Of a stretch of 64,000 nt of DNA, positions 10,831-24,984 are shown in pieces. The notes under the pieces are model-generated. The model did no database searches, had not been told where the DNA came from, and worked only from the letters and a program-made list of their open reading frames with translations. The stretch lies in contig OZ024740.1 of assembly GCA_964016885.1 (NCBI GenBank), positions 269,266,001-269,330,000 on the forward strand, written 5' to 3'. Made by a program: the position numbers and the translations under genes. The stretch's first letter is position 1. Each line of letters starts with the position of its first letter. The DNA comes from Eledone cirrhosa (Eukaryota).

Positions 10831-12418
10831 CTAAATACAAAATAAACAAATATCATGTCCCTGTGATATACATATATGGTAGAGAAGAATGTTTTCTTTG
10901 GATATTAATTGAGAGATATCCAAATATAAACACTCATTAATAATCATTTAAAACATCAAAAATTTGTTATATTTCTGTCACATTTTTCATCATTATGTTC
11001 TTATCATGAAAGCAGCAAGAAATCTGAATGTTCACATTAATTGGTAATGTACTTTATTATGTAGCATAGTTTACCAATTTAGAAAGTGACCACAGAGTTA
11101 AGGCTATTACAATTGATGCTACACTAAAGCTTTCAACAAAATGTGGTATACACATTTCTCAACCAAACTTCCTTTTTACGTAATTAATGGACTGGTTGGA
11201 AGCTATCTCATTTGTTCGTGTCAGGATTCCTATATCAATTACATCTCATACAGTCTTCAATTCTTTGAGGAGTTGTGTCTTTCCCTTTACCTTTTCACAT
11301 TGATACTGTCAATAATCAACAACTTTAATCAATTCTGTACTGATGTCACAATTCGCTGTTTCTGTTCATTGTTTAATCTCAGTGCTCTGTATCCATTGTA
11401 AACATTAGTAACTTTTGGCAAACATGATTCATCATGAAGTATTTTGACAAGGCTCCCTAGTGTGTGTCTGACAAACTGTTAGTGATTTAAAATAACTAAC
11501 TAAATGTTACTGCTAACCATTTTTCACAAACACAAGTTTAACCCTTTCATAATCATTTAAAATCAACTTTCAAAGTGATAAGACCAGAACGTTTTCACAC
11601 TTTCCATTTTCACACAATATCCAAGATCCACCTCAACATCTCCATATACACAATTGTTTCTTTATGTCTTATGTAAATAAATAAAACAGTTTAAAAATTA
11701 GCAGATGAAAACATTTAAATACCTAACTCAAAAATCTGTTTGGACTTTGTAATAAATAAATTGAATAGGCTATTCTCAAATTATCTCCTTTGCAGGAAGA
11801 AAGTTAAACAAATTGTTTGTTATTTAGTGACTTCAAGTATAAACATTCATTTTAGAATGGAAAGTGCTTTTTGGGGTGTTTCTTTCTAAAACTGAAAGTA
11901 CTTTGCTGAATTTAATCATATTCATGTTGAATTTGGGAACATCTAAGTGAGAATGAAAGACTTTTTGTTAGGAAAAAAGTGAAAAGTTAGTGTTATATGA
12001 ATGCTTCCATTAACTAATTCTTCACTTCCTTATAAGTGTGTGTGTGTAAGTGCATATATATATAGATAGATGTGTGAAACGTTAATGAAAAAATACAATA
12101 CAGTAATTTAATGCTTGATACTTTCATCAAAAGATAGTATGTGAAATACCTTGTGCTAACCCAATCACCCCCCCCCCCCCTTTCCTGTTTTTTTTCTTTC
12201 TATATCTCCCCATTCTTTCTTTCCTTTTGTGTCCCCCCTTTTTTTTCTTACTAAATAAGGTTTGCTTTTTCCTTTTGAATAAATTCATTTTCATATATGA
12301 AAAAAAGGAGAAATAAAAAGATAGATAAGAGTAAGAAGAGAAAGAAAAAAACAGAAAAAATTCAGAGAGAAAGAAAAAAGAAAAAAAATTCACAGGGAAA
12401 GGAAGTGTGCAAACAAAG

Positions 12419-12454
<36 letters not shown>

Positions 12455-12977
12455 TGAGTAATATTAAATATTATCCAGTTACAAGTATGAATATAGCTCT
12501 GTGTACTATAACAAATATAATACAGAGCCGAAATACAATATAAATAATAATCAAAGAGTATTTAATCTTTCAAATATTGAATAACTAACAACCGTTTCAT
12601 CCTAGCACAAGGCAGGTATCTTCTGAGTTATTATAAAAGTTAAACATAAATATTCTATCAAAACTTTTCTCCAAGAACATTTGGAGGATACTTATTAAGA
12701 GAGGTTAGATAAGAGCAAGCATTAATATTCATATAAGGTAACCGAGGCAGAAAACATGAAAAATAGAAGCAGATAAAATGCGATAAAATAAAGTAAAATA
12801 AAATACATGTGGTCACAGATAAATGAAGCACAGTAAAAATCATATATAGTCGTGGAAAATATTTTTTATATGTAAACGAAACTTCCTTGTTTTTTTTTTC
12901 TATTATATACACTCTGTTGTGCATAGAGTACTTGATTTGGAACCAACACCAGTATTTCGCTGTACTACCCACACACA

Positions 12978-13026
<49 letters not shown>

Positions 13027-13096
13027 TTAAAGGTCAATTAGTCTCTAATACTTAAACATCTCCATGAGGGAAATCTCTCAGAGAAGTAATATTACA

Positions 13097-13335
13097 TATT
13101 AAAATTAAGTGAGAAAAAACTAACTATGGGAGTCCAAATAAGACAGACATAAAAAGTATTCTATTTAGCCTGGCTTATATATAGATCTCCTTACCATGGT
13201 CCCGCATGGTAGGGAGATCTATATATGTGGTACCATGGTAAGGAGATCTATGTATAAGCAAGGTTAAATGGAATACTTTTTATGTCTGTCTTATTTGTAC
13301 TTCCATAGTTAGTTTTTTCTCACTTAATTTTAATA
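13097..13335. repeat. Long inverted repeat (foldback/MITE-like) between (TA)n tracts
   Basis: About 100-bp arms: attaaaattaagtgagaaaaaactaactatgg...agatctccttaccatgg and its reverse complement ending ctcacttaattttaat. Confidence 0.85.
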
Positions 13336-13337
13336 CA

Positions 13338-13399
<62 letters not shown>

Positions 13400-13695
13400 T
13401 ATGTGTGTGTATATTTATTTGTATGTATGTATATTATATATTATTTCTAAAGATTGCTGACCAGCAATTGCATGTTTTCTTCTCTCTCCCAAACATACTC
13501 ACTTCTCTCTCCAGCTATCTCCCAATGAAGGACTAGTGTCCAAAATGTTAAGACGCTTTTCTAATATCTTATGAACATTATACAAATATACCATTATTGT
13601 TTTGTGCTGCTCTCTGGTCCTATTTTCCTTTCATGTTTTTTTTGACAACCGATCATGGCTAAATATATATCTATACTCCCACATTTCTCTTTCTC

Positions 13696-13811
<116 letters not shown>

Positions 13812-14754
13812 CACACACACCTACAGTGATGCACCAATTATTTTTAGAATCACTGACATTTTATTTAGCTGAAACTTCTACAGCAGAACATGCTGTTCTT
13901 GTAACACAAATTTACAATTTTAGCTGTATGTATTGAATAACAAACATCTGAATGTTTGCAATAGTGGAATGTTAAAGCTAGCATCCTGGATGCCAACAGC
14001 TTTACCTATTTACAACTAATCTATATACAGCTTTGTCTTGTCTGACTGAACAAAACTTAAAACTTCCGCACAAAATTCCTATTTCTGATAAAAATAAATT
14101 CACATACATATGTACACAGACACATAGACACAAACAAACATAACAGCATCCCTAAACAGATCAATAGTTACTACAATAGGAATAGTAAAATGCTAGAACA
14201 GTGCCAAATTTGTTACTAATGAGTTGCAGTAAAATCATTATAGTTATGTGTTTAATGTCTTATAAAAAGGGACAAACCCATAATTGCAAAAACAAAATGG
14301 TGACTTCAAATAATGAGAGAGCAGGACAACAACTCTTTTTTAATAGAGATTCTATTTTAATATCTGTAAAAGATAACTTTGTATAGTACACTAAAATTGA
14401 GAAAGGTAGTGAAAATGGAAGCATATATAGTATGGAATCATATTTAATATGTTTATGTATAAGTCTTGATATGGCTGCATTGAGCTGTGATCATTTCACA
14501 GCTATCATGGCTTCAGAGGAAACTGTGACATGATCACAGTTTCAAACACCCACAGTGTGATTTATATATGTTTAATATACAAAAACGTATCAGATATACC
14601 ATCATATACCTCTCTTTTATGAATCACACTATATCAGTGTTAATACTAATATATATATATATATATATATAATGGAAAAATTTGAACAGGGGCAAAACAG
14701 AGAGGCAGTACAACAAATGTTTATTAATTTCATGCTCTGGAGAGTGGGGGGGTT

Positions 14755-14800
14755 GGTGGGGGACGACGTTTCGGGCATAAGCCCTTCCTCAGGTGGGAAG
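14755..14800 (-). ncRNA. Minimal hammerhead ribozyme motif, Penelope-type
   Basis: Minus strand reads CTGAGGA-A-GGGC-ttat-GCCC-GAAA-CG-TC. Core and stem II are intact; stem I is weak. Confidence 0.65.
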
Positions 14801-14932
14801 TGTGTGGGAACAGAGTTCAAAGGGTGTGTAGGGGAGTGGTGGAGAGACATATAGCGAAAGAAAACGGTTTGAATGAAAAAATAAAAAATAAAGATAAAAA
14901 TAAGAATAAAGCATGATCAAAATACAAGGAAT

Positions 14933-14976
<44 letters not shown>

Positions 14977-15280
14977 TTAGATGCTGGTGGTTGGCAGAAT
15001 TTTTCAGGGGTTGAAACCCAAATATTTTGGTCCAGGTAATGTAGATTTGAGAGTATCCCACACTTTCTTAATTTAACTATTGGAATTCTTGTATGTATTT
15101 CATTGTTATCTCCCTGTTTGTTCTATATGGGTGACACTTTCCTATGAATGAATCAATATGATGTGCTCTGTAGCATGTTTCTCACATACGTGACTTAGCT
15201 TATGCTGAGCAGTTTATAAAAAGCTTGATTTGAAAATCATTGGATTTTGTGCCATTGCCGTTAAATCAATCTAATTCCTA

Positions 15281-17727
15281 TCATCATCATCATCATCATC
15301 ACCGTTTTACGTCCGTTCTTCCATGCTAACATGGGTTAGACGGGTTGTCCTGTTGTGGGCAGTGTCTGGTCGGCTGACCATGCGTTGCTCATACAGGGAC
15401 TGATTTTGGCTTGATTTCTACAGCTGGATGTCCTTCCTAACACCAACCTCATTTACAGTGAGTGCTGGGTGCTTTTTCGTGGCACCTACACGTCCACTTT
15501 ACAGTGTGGGCTGGGTGCTTTTTTGCCGTGGCACCTCCACGACCATCTTGCAGTGGAAGGGTGTGGGGGCATATTGTCTATATGCTTCAGCTTGTACCCA
15601 TGGGAGGTCGGGTACTCTGTATTACTGCGTGACGCCAGAGGTCACGGTCGTGTGTCATCGCCTTTGAGAGGTGTAATTGGGTAAGGTCGGCTTTTATCAC
15701 CTCATCCCAGGTCTTCTTGGGTCTCCCCACTCCGCGGTTTCCATTGACTTCTAGTGCTCTGGACCTTTTTATGCAGCTGTCATCCTTCATACGCATCACA
15801 TGTCTATACCAACGCAACCGCCTCTCCTGCACACAGCATTTGATTCCTCTTATGCTCAGTCTCTCTCTCAATTTATTTATCGCGTATATTACTATTACAC
15901 ATCCATCGGAGCATGCAGGCTTCGTTTCTTACTAATCTACGTAAGTCTTCCACCTTCAGCGCCCAGGTCTCACTACCATGTAACATTGTTGTTCGGATAC
16001 ACGCATCATACAGTCTGTCTTTCATTTTGAGGGAGAAGCCTTTTGCAGCTAGCAGTGGCAGTAGTTCCCTGAACTTCTTCCATCCCGTTCTTACCCTAGT
16101 TATTGTACTTTCTGAACACCCACCTCCGCTGCTAATTCGGTCACCTAGGTAGCAGAAGCTGTCTACTGTGTGTACAGAGCCCTCCCAGAGATTGGTGGTA
16201 CTTGATTTCTGTGGCTGTTTGCTGCTTGCTGTCCCAGCACAGCTGCTGCATGTGAAGCCTACATTCTTAATTAAGCTTCCTGAGATCCCGCTACATCTCT
16301 TGTGTACCCATTGTTTGCATTTGGGGCAGAGAATGGAGTTCCTACCTACATTTTTCCTACATACTGAGCAAGGCTATTTCCCTGAGGGGATCTGGGTTCT
16401 GTTTTCTCGTCTACTTACAAGGACCTTAGTCTTTCTCATGTTGACTTTGCGACCCTTTCCTTCTAGTCCCTGCTTCCAAGTTTGGAATTTCTTCTCTAGT
16501 TCTACCATAGATTCAGCTATAAGTGCGAGGTCATCAGCATACAGGAGTTCCCATGGGCATCCGGTCTTAAACTCCTCCGTTATTGCCTGCAGGACTATGA
16601 TGAACAGGAGAGGGCTAAGAACAGAGCCCTGGTGGACACCAACCTGAACGCTAAATTCCTCGCTATACTCATTGCTAATCTTAACTTTGTTGACTGCTCC
16701 CCTATACATGGCTTGTACAGCTTTCACAAGCCATTCATCTACTCCTAGTTTTCTAAGAGCCCACCAGATTACAGCAAGTGGAACTCTGTCAAAGGCTTTC
16801 TCGAGATCAACGAATGCCAGGTAGAGTGGCTTACTTTTAGCTAGGTACTTTTCCTGTAACTGCCTCACAAGGAAGAGGGCATCAGTGGTGCCTCTTCCTG
16901 GTATAAACCCAAATTGCATCTCATCTAGTTTCACCCGGTCCCTAATCAACTGTACTATAACTCTTTCTGTTACTTTCATGACCTGGTCCATCAGCTTTAT
17001 ACCTCTATAGTTTCCTCTATCTAGTGCATCACCTTTACCTTTGTAGCAGTTGACAATGATGCTACTGCACCAATCTTTTGGTATGACACCTTCTAGTATT
17101 ACCTGGTTAACAATACGTGTGGTTATAGTGTGACCTACAGACCCAGATGCCTTCAGTATCTCGGCAGCTATACTCGATCGACCAGTTGCCTTCCCCATCT
17201 TCATATCTTTGATTGCCTTACTTACTATGCTGCTGCTGACTTGTACTGCTGGCCCCTCTATAGGGTCTTCTTGGGGTAGGGTCTCTTCTTTCCATGCATT
17301 CTCCTCATTTAGTAATCTATCATAATGGCTCTTCCATGCATCTTTCTTCTCAGCACTTGTGAGGGCAAGCTCACCTTTATCATTCTGGATACACTTCTCT
17401 CCAATGACATCACAATTCTCTCTGACACACTGCCTCGCAATCTTGAACACCTCCTGTTTCTGGTCCTCACGTTGCAAAACATGCTTGAATTTTCTATCCT
17501 CTGCTTTCCTCCTAGCTTCCCTCTTGGTCTCTATGTAATGTACCCCGCTTCCCCCGTTCTTCCATTCTTTCCATGCCTCTCTTGGCCTTAACTGCCTCAT
17601 CTACCTTATTGTTCCACCACCAAGTCACTCTCCTCCTGCTTGTGGTCTTACTCCAGCCACAGATCTCATCCGTCGCCTGTAGTAAGTTATTTTTTAGGAA
17701 CTCCCAGTGCTCTTCTACATTGAATGT

Positions 17728-17731
<4 letters not shown>
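15281..17731 (-). mobile_element. 5'-truncated RTE LINE, diverged subfamily
   Basis: RT ORF 16374-17600 with YADD, PHD finger, RLRWY..GRPKKTW and a (GAT)n tail at 15281-15300; 5' end abuts (TA)n. Confidence 0.95.
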
Positions 17732-17776
<45 letters not shown>

Positions 17777-18062
17777 TATTGAAGTTTCCATTGAAAATTG
17801 AAAAAGTCAGAGGAATGAAGAGTGTTCTATGTAAGTTACAGAGCTAATTTTATATATATATATATATGTGCGTTAGTTTCTGCTAAAGACAGGTCTGCCA
17901 TTTAAACTTTGATATTGAAACAAATGTACATTAGAGAACAATCTATTTTGCCATTTTATATTGTAGCTAATGTCAGGAAAATGAACTGCTCTTTTGAAAT
18001 GAGGGAAAGAAACATAAAATAGAAAAGTTAAAATAAAATAATACATTGTTAAGACTGATTAC

Positions 18063-18185
18063 CTCACTTAAATAGCTGTCAGTCCACTGGTCACAGAGCG
18101 CTTGTGTTGTTTTATTAAAGCTACTATGACCAAGCATATTAAGGCTGTAACACAAACTTCCAACAGCCAGGTTAACACCGCTCAT
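18063..18185 (-). CDS. FOCAD: Focadhesin-like coding exon
   Basis: ttttcag|ATG ... GAG|gtaatc; 123 nt, phase 0-0. MSGVNLAVGSLCYSLNMLGH...CDQWTDSYLSE resembles TSGFALALGNIVHGLSVCGH...PAWIRIVLTE. Confidence 0.88.
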
Positions 18186-18899
18186 CTGAAAATATACAAA
18201 TTTAACAATATTTAGTTTCACTGTGAATATAATTTATGTATGTATGTATTCAGATAAAAGACTGTGATAATTTTAAATCTCCTCATTAAATACTCTTTGA
18301 ATGAAGTGAACCTTTTTCATGCTCTTCTAGTCATTGAGTGATTCTAAGGAAATCTGAAATTGCTATAGACCATTTCAATTATTTATTTATTATTATTTTT
18401 TTAAATTTCATTTAATCAGAGGAGGATGAACTGAAGGAAAGAGAGCAAGAAATCACAGCTTATGGGTTGCTCCAGTAGTAAGTAGCACTTCTTGAAATCA
18501 AGTTGTTCTGAGACCAGAGGTATGCCTGGGATTGGAATCTCTTAAAAGCGTCCAAAATCTATCAAGATCACTGTGTGACAGATTAAGTGTACTACTCATA
18601 AACAGGTGTATTTGTTGGGGATTCCACACCATTTTGTCAACCCAATTTCCTTTACAAAGCTTGATTGTATTAAATGTTATGGTAAATAACATGTTCTTCA
18701 GCTGTCACAGAGTGGGATCAAACTTGGAACCATGTGATTGCAAATCTAACTTCTTAAACTCACAACAATGCTTGGTCATGTGCTCGCATTTACTTATATG
18801 ATAGTTCCAAACAATCAGTAATACAATTAAGTCTTACTGCATATATTTAATAAATTACATAACAGGAAAAGGAAAGGGATGGATGAGCCCATAGCCTTT

Positions 18900-18974
18900 T
18901 AAGGGCCACTAGTAAATGATTTTGGTGTGATTAGTTAAGGGCCACTAGTAAATGATTTTGGTGTGATTAGTTAG
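18900..18974. repeat. 36-bp direct tandem duplication
   Basis: taagggccactagtaaatgattttggtgtgattagt occurs twice in tandem. Confidence 0.9.
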
Positions 18975-19496
18975 TATATTGTTTAATTTAAGATGTTGCC
19001 AGAAATTACTAAAAAATAATGAAAATAAACAAATCTGAAAAGAAAGGGAGTTTCCAGTAAGGGCTGGACAATGTAGAAGGAAAGTTTAAAATCCTTAGGA
19101 CAAAGACTATGAGGAAAGCCGTTGAAACAAATGAGTATAAGAGAGAAACAAGCCATGAGTGAGTTTAGATTAAAATAGAGTGATTTAATTCAAAAGTATA
19201 CACAGAAGTAACAGATGAAGCATGGTTGTAGTGTTGGACAGTCTCAAATCTTCCTCAAATTAGGTTCATGACAACATGTTTAGTTGCATTGTAGCTGGTG
19301 ACATGGTAAAATGCAGAGCATATATTGTAGAGTGTTGGATATATGTGAGCAGGATGAGGTGCTAGCACAGCTGAGAAATTAGAGGATCCAATTAAGTACC
19401 GACTTTGTCGTTGATGACCAGACCAATCTTTACAGATGTTTGATGATGATGCCCATGCTAGCATGGAAATTGGACGTTAAACAATAATGATATATA

Positions 19497-21690
19497 TCAT
19501 CATCATCATCATCTTTGTTTAATGTCCATCTTCCATGCTAGCATGGGCTAGATGGGAGTTGTCCCACTTGAGGCAAAGTTGGTCGGGTGACCGGGTCTCG
19601 CTCATATAGGACTGGCAGGTTTTCTATGGATGGATGCCCTTCCTAACACCAACCACATTTACAGTGCGGAACTGGGAACTTTTTACCATGTTACCTACAC
19701 GGCCACGTTACAGCGTGGACTGTGTGTTTTTTTCTCGTGACACCTACACAATCTAGATCTCATTATCTCATTTATTTGGACTGGATGTTGTGGTACCAAA
19801 TTTACAGAGAGAGGGTGGTGTTGGTGGGAGTGGGAGGATAGGGTAGGGGTAGTGGATTGGGGTGTATATTTGGTTAATAGGTGCCTACTGACTGTAGGTT
19901 TCGCTTTGTACATAGGCAAGGCAGGTCTTCTGTATTACTGCGTAGCGCCAAAGATCTCAGTCCAGTGATATTGTCTTAGAGGGGTGCAAGTGTGTAAGGT
20001 CGGAATTTATCAGATCGTCCCAGGTTTTTCTGGGTCTACCTACTCTGTAACTATCATCAATTTTGATCGCCCTGCACTTTTTTTATACAGCTGTCGTCTT
20101 TCATGCGCATCACGTGGCCATACCAACGTAGTCTTCTCTCAAGTAAACAGCATCTGATCCCTCTTATTCCTAATTTTTCACTTAGTTCATTTATGCTTTG
20201 CCGTTCACGTATATTATTATTACACATCCAACGGAGCATGCAAGCTTAGTTCCTTTCCAGTCTAAGCAGGTCCTCTGCATGTAATGCCCATGTCTCACTG
20301 CCATGTAGCATTGCTGTTCGTATACAGGCATCATACAATCTGCCTTTCATTTTTAGAAAGAAACCTTTTGTGGCCAACAGAGATATAAGCTCTCGGAACC
20401 TTTTCCATCCTGTTCTGACTCTGGGTACTGTACTTTCAGAAGACCCGCCACCACTGCTGATTTCGTCACCCAGGTAATGGAAAGTTTCCACTATTTCTAT
20501 AGAACCATCTGGACAATAGAAGGGGCTAGTATCCTGTGGACACTTGCTACTTATTGCACCAGAGCATCGGCCACATATAAAGTCTACGTTCTTAGATAGT
20601 TTATCTGTGATCCCACTACATCTTTTATGTACCCATACTTTGCATTTGGGACATAAAATGGAATTTCTGCCTACACCTTTCCTACACACTGAGCATGGCC
20701 ATTTTCCTGAGGGCACCTGTGCCCTATTTTCCTTTCTACAAACTAGAACTTTAGTCTTAGACAAGTTAACTTTACAGCCTTTTGATTTTAGGCCATGCTT
20801 CCATGTTTGGAATTTCTTCTCTAGTTCAGCCATTGATTCAGCTATGAGCATTAGATCATCTGCGTATAGGAGTTCCCATGGGCAGCCAGTCTTGAACTCC
20901 TCTGTTATAGTGTGAAGGGCAATAATAAATAGCAGGGAGCTAAGGACAGAGCCTTGATGAACACCAACTTTTACACTAAATTCTTCACAATATTCATTTT
21001 TAATTCTAACCTTACTGACTGTTTCTTTATACATAGCTTGTATAGCTCTCACAAGCCATTCATCTACACCTAGTTTTCTAAGAACCCAACAGATAATGGA
21101 ACGAGGGACTCTGTCAAAGGCTTTCTCCAGCTCTACAAAAGCTAAGTAGAGGGGTTTACTTTTAGCTAGGTACTTCTCCTGTAGTTGTCGCACAAGGAAA
21201 AGAGCGTCTGTGGTACTTTTACCTGACACAAACCCAAACTGCATTTCATCTAGATCAATTCACTCTCTGATTAGTTGCCCTATAACTCTTTGTGTGACCT
21301 TCATGGCCTGGTCAACTAACTTAATGCCTCTATAGTTTCCCCTATCTATAGCATCCCCTTTACCCTTGTTACAGTTAATGATGATGCTGCTACGCCAGTC
21401 TTTTGGTATGACCCCATTCTGTATTACTTGGTTAACTATATGGGTGACCATAGTATGTCCCACCATTCCAGATGCCTTCAACATCTCAGCAACTATCTCT
21501 GAAGCCCCAGCTGCCTTGCCTGTCTTTATATCTTTGATTGCCTTACTTATTATACTACCTTTAACTTGCACAGCTGGTCTTTCTATTGGATCGATTTGGG
21601 GCAGACTATCTTTTTCCCATTTATAGTCTCTCGTAGTGACACTTCCAGGCTATCTTCTTATCAGTATCAGTGAGGGCAAGTACACCGTTA
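19497..21690 (-). mobile_element. 5'-truncated RTE LINE, close to the 2325/6338 subfamily
   Basis: ORF pieces 21260-21571, 20246-21244 and 20057-20239 separated by stops; PHD finger; (GAT)n tail; both ends lie in TA runs. Confidence 0.95.
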
Positions 21691-23119
21691 CATATATATA
21701 TATATATATATATCACCATCATCAGTTCTGTATGAGCGAGACACGGTCTCCCAACCAATCTCGCCTCATGTGGGCCAAAACTGTCCGACCCATGCGTAGA
21801 AGATGGACATTAAACGATGATGATGATGATATATGTATATATGCATACACACACATGCTTGTATGTAAGTATGTGTGTATGTATGGAGGGGAGGTTTAGA
21901 AGTTTGATTCACAATCATGAAGTCATGGGTACAATCCCACAGTTTAGCTTCTTGGGCACTTCTTGTCTTACATCATAATATCATGTTGATCTTTGTAAGT
22001 GAAATTGTGTAGATGGTAACTGTGTGGAAGCCTGTTGGATCGGCTGTACCTAGTCACATACTGTGTCATGCTGACTCAGCCTGAGAATTATGTTAAGGGA
22101 ACACGTACCAATAGAATACTCACCCTGACCTGTTAATCTAACAAATATGTAATTCAGTTGTTCAAACAACTGAATTTTCATTGTCAAAACTGATAGAGGA
22201 TCCATCATTTTTCATCAGTGAGTATTGGCAAATGACATACAGATTAATTAGAAAACAGATAAACTGGTGCTTAAGAACTAAAGTACTCAGAGGTATTTCT
22301 TCTGCTAGAAGTGCTCATACATTCCTTTGTCCCTCTCACCATTGTAAATGAAGTAAACCAGTAATTGAACCATTGAAAACCAATAACCAATCATGCTATA
22401 GTGTACTGAACATGCATGGTCCTGTAACCTCAGAGGCAGTCGTAGGAGTGTCATATTGATTTACAGCATTTCTAGGCACTTTTTAAACCTGGGAGAGCCT
22501 ATCTGCTCTTTAGGTTTGAATACAGCAGATTTCTTCCGGAGATGGATAGAGAGTGAGAGAAGAGAAGTCAGAAAAAAATATAGAGAAAGGATTGACACCC
22601 AGTACTAGACTGGTACTTTTTTTTATCAACTTTGAATGGATGAAAGGCAAAGTTGACCCTGACAGGATTATAACTCAGAGAGCAGAGATCTGAAATAATT
22701 ACTGCAAAGCATTCTAACTGATGTTCTAATGACTCTGCCCATTTCTACTGAATATATGATATGAAATAAAATATAAATACTGTACTATGTAGGTGAATGT
22801 AATTACATTAATTTAAATTAGCCAGGGATATTCTGTTATGAGGCATTATCGTTGAAATAGCAATGCTAGCGTGGAAGATAGATGTTAAATGAAGATGATG
22901 ATGTGATAATGATAAGTAAAATTTTTAAAGAAAAATTGGTTTGTATTATATTAGTCAATGTTCAAATCATTCTAACCATTGTTAGTCCACCATATATTAT
23001 GCAAGGTGCAGAATAATAGCTAGTATATGTTGTATGTGTGGATAGTAATATTGTTATAGCTGTAGGAAATGCAAAAATAAAATTGCAAATCATTACGAGT
23101 TGAAACTTAAGTTACTTAC

Positions 23120-23239
23120 TTGTGGATTTGCCTCAGTAAGGTTCTTTAGATGATCAAAAACTTCATTGACCATTTCACTTTTGATAATATTAGCCGAAAA
23201 CATAGAACCACTGCAAGTAGCAACTGCAAAACAAAGTAC
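23120..23239 (-). CDS. FOCAD: Focadhesin-like coding exon
   Basis: tttccag|GTA ... CCA CAA|gtaagt; 120 nt, phase 0-0. VLCFAVATCSGSMFSANIIKSEMVNEVFDHLKNLTEANPQ resembles VLAYTLSCVCTSAFSAGII...LVENSQQ. Confidence 0.88.
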
Positions 23240-23574
23240 CTGGAAAGAATTAAGAATTGGCATTTAGTTTGTGTAACAACTCAAGAAAACAATGATTATT
23301 TTTATACATTTAATTTCTATTTTCACACAATTGCATGAATAGTAAAATCATGATCATAATCTTTTTTATTCTTGAGCTTGGGCAATCAAGATCAAGCTCA
23401 TTTTGAAACACCACCTTAATATTAAGCGGCATCAGAAATTTAACTACTCACTTTACTTGTCTGGTAATAGAAATATGTGTGTTTTTATTGAATCTTACTG
23501 TTGAATCATATCCAAAAGAGTTAATTTTTACAGGTTTTACCTAAATATATAATCCTAATCAAAGTTTTTGTAAA

Positions 23575-24310
23575 CAGAGGAAGTGACCATGTTTTATATG
23601 TAGAAAAGGAGTAGATAGGAATTCTATACAATATACACAATATTAGGTAGGGCACACAAGAGGTATAGTGGGATTGTAAGTAGAAGAAAAACAATAAACT
23701 TTGCCTGTGGTAGGTACACAGTAATAGTGGGTAGTAAGATCAGCAGTGAAATAAACATTTTCTAATTCTCAGAAGGTACTACAGAAATAGATATATTTTG
23801 TTACTTAGGGCATCTAATTACATCAGGGTTGGATAGGTATTCTCAGAACAAATCAGTATTCAAGTGGAGCTACTGACCTACACCTCACTTACATTGCTGC
23901 ACTCTACTGGGAGGTTGTCTGTGTTTCACTAACATGCAACTTCACTTCTTGTGCAGCCATCAGGCAATCTACTCTTTGCTTAAAGAGACAATCCCTCTGT
24001 TGTCCATAAAAAGTAGTAGCTCTCTGAACATATTGTAGCTACTATGATTTCAGAGTAAGTTCCGCCAGTGTTAATTGGGTCACTTAATACTTCTATGAAA
24101 CCTTCCATGGAATGGATAAAGTTTATTTCACAACTATCACACCAGTCCATGTCAGCGTACTTGTGATGCTATTAAATCTCTTGTTTAATTACTTTTTACC
24201 TGAGTACACCATATAGAATTTCTACTAATTACTTTCCTGCATATCAAACATAGCCATCTCGCTGATTGTATCAAGGTTTTGTCTTCTTTCTTACTTAATA
24301 AAACTTTGGT
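23575..24310. mobile_element. Two old RTE fragments in opposite orientation
   Basis: Plus strand at about 23580: degenerate K.PCFICRKGVDRNSI and FCYLG. Minus strand at about 24260: KWLCLICRKVISRNSI. Confidence 0.55.
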
Positions 24311-24438
24311 CTTTGCTTTGTTTATAACATCTATTTGCCCAACTGACTAAACACATCCTGTCTGTTTGTTGACCTTTAAGTAAATAACATCAAAATCATC
24401 TGAAAACCAGAATGAAATAAAATAATAAATATGTGTAC

Positions 24439-24583
24439 CTGGAAAATATCTGAAGAAGAATCTGTATCTTTTAAAAGTGAAAATAATTTATCAAGCATCT
24501 CCACTAGATGTTGGCGAGATTCAGTTTTACCATCTTCACAGAGAGAAGTAAGAGCCAGAGTTAAACCAAGAATGTAGCCAGAC
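24439..24583 (-). CDS. FOCAD: Focadhesin-like coding exon
   Basis: ctctccag|G TCT ... TTC CAG|gtacac; 145 nt, phase 2-0. SGYILGLTLALTSLCEDGKTESRQHLVEMLDKLFSLLKDTDSSSDIFQ resembles TGCILGVGLVLSLMSHSSQMQSRVHV...TFQ. Confidence 0.88.
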
Positions 24584-24776
24584 CTGGAGAGAAAAATGTG
24601 TATTGTTAATTCTTTTATATATATGTGATGATAATAATAATAATAAATTGTAAGAATGAGGTATCAATATATAATTATTATGTTTATTCATGTGTGATAC
24701 ACGTTTCATGATCAATCAGTCGAAGGAAAGATCAGTATCAATCATGCCAATTCTGGAATCAATATTCCATCATTAA

Positions 24777-24984
24777 CCCTTTAGTGTTCAAACCGGCCCA
24801 AAACAGCCAGAATTCTCTACCTCTTTCTGTTGAAACTGGCTGTAACTGGTCGCTCAAACTGATGTTAAGGTATTGTTTTCAAAATAAATACTTTCAAAAT
24901 CTCATAGGTGAGATAATTATGTGAGATAAAGCCTTTACCATTAAAATATAATAGTATATATAAAATAATGTGAATGCTAAAGGG
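24777..24984. mobile_element. piggyBac-type MITE (208 bp)
   Basis: TTAA|CCCTTTAGTGTTCA ... TGAATGCTAAAGGG|TTAA: TTAA target duplication, CCC termini, 12/14 TIR match. A homologous copy lies at 48669-48882. Confidence 0.85.
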
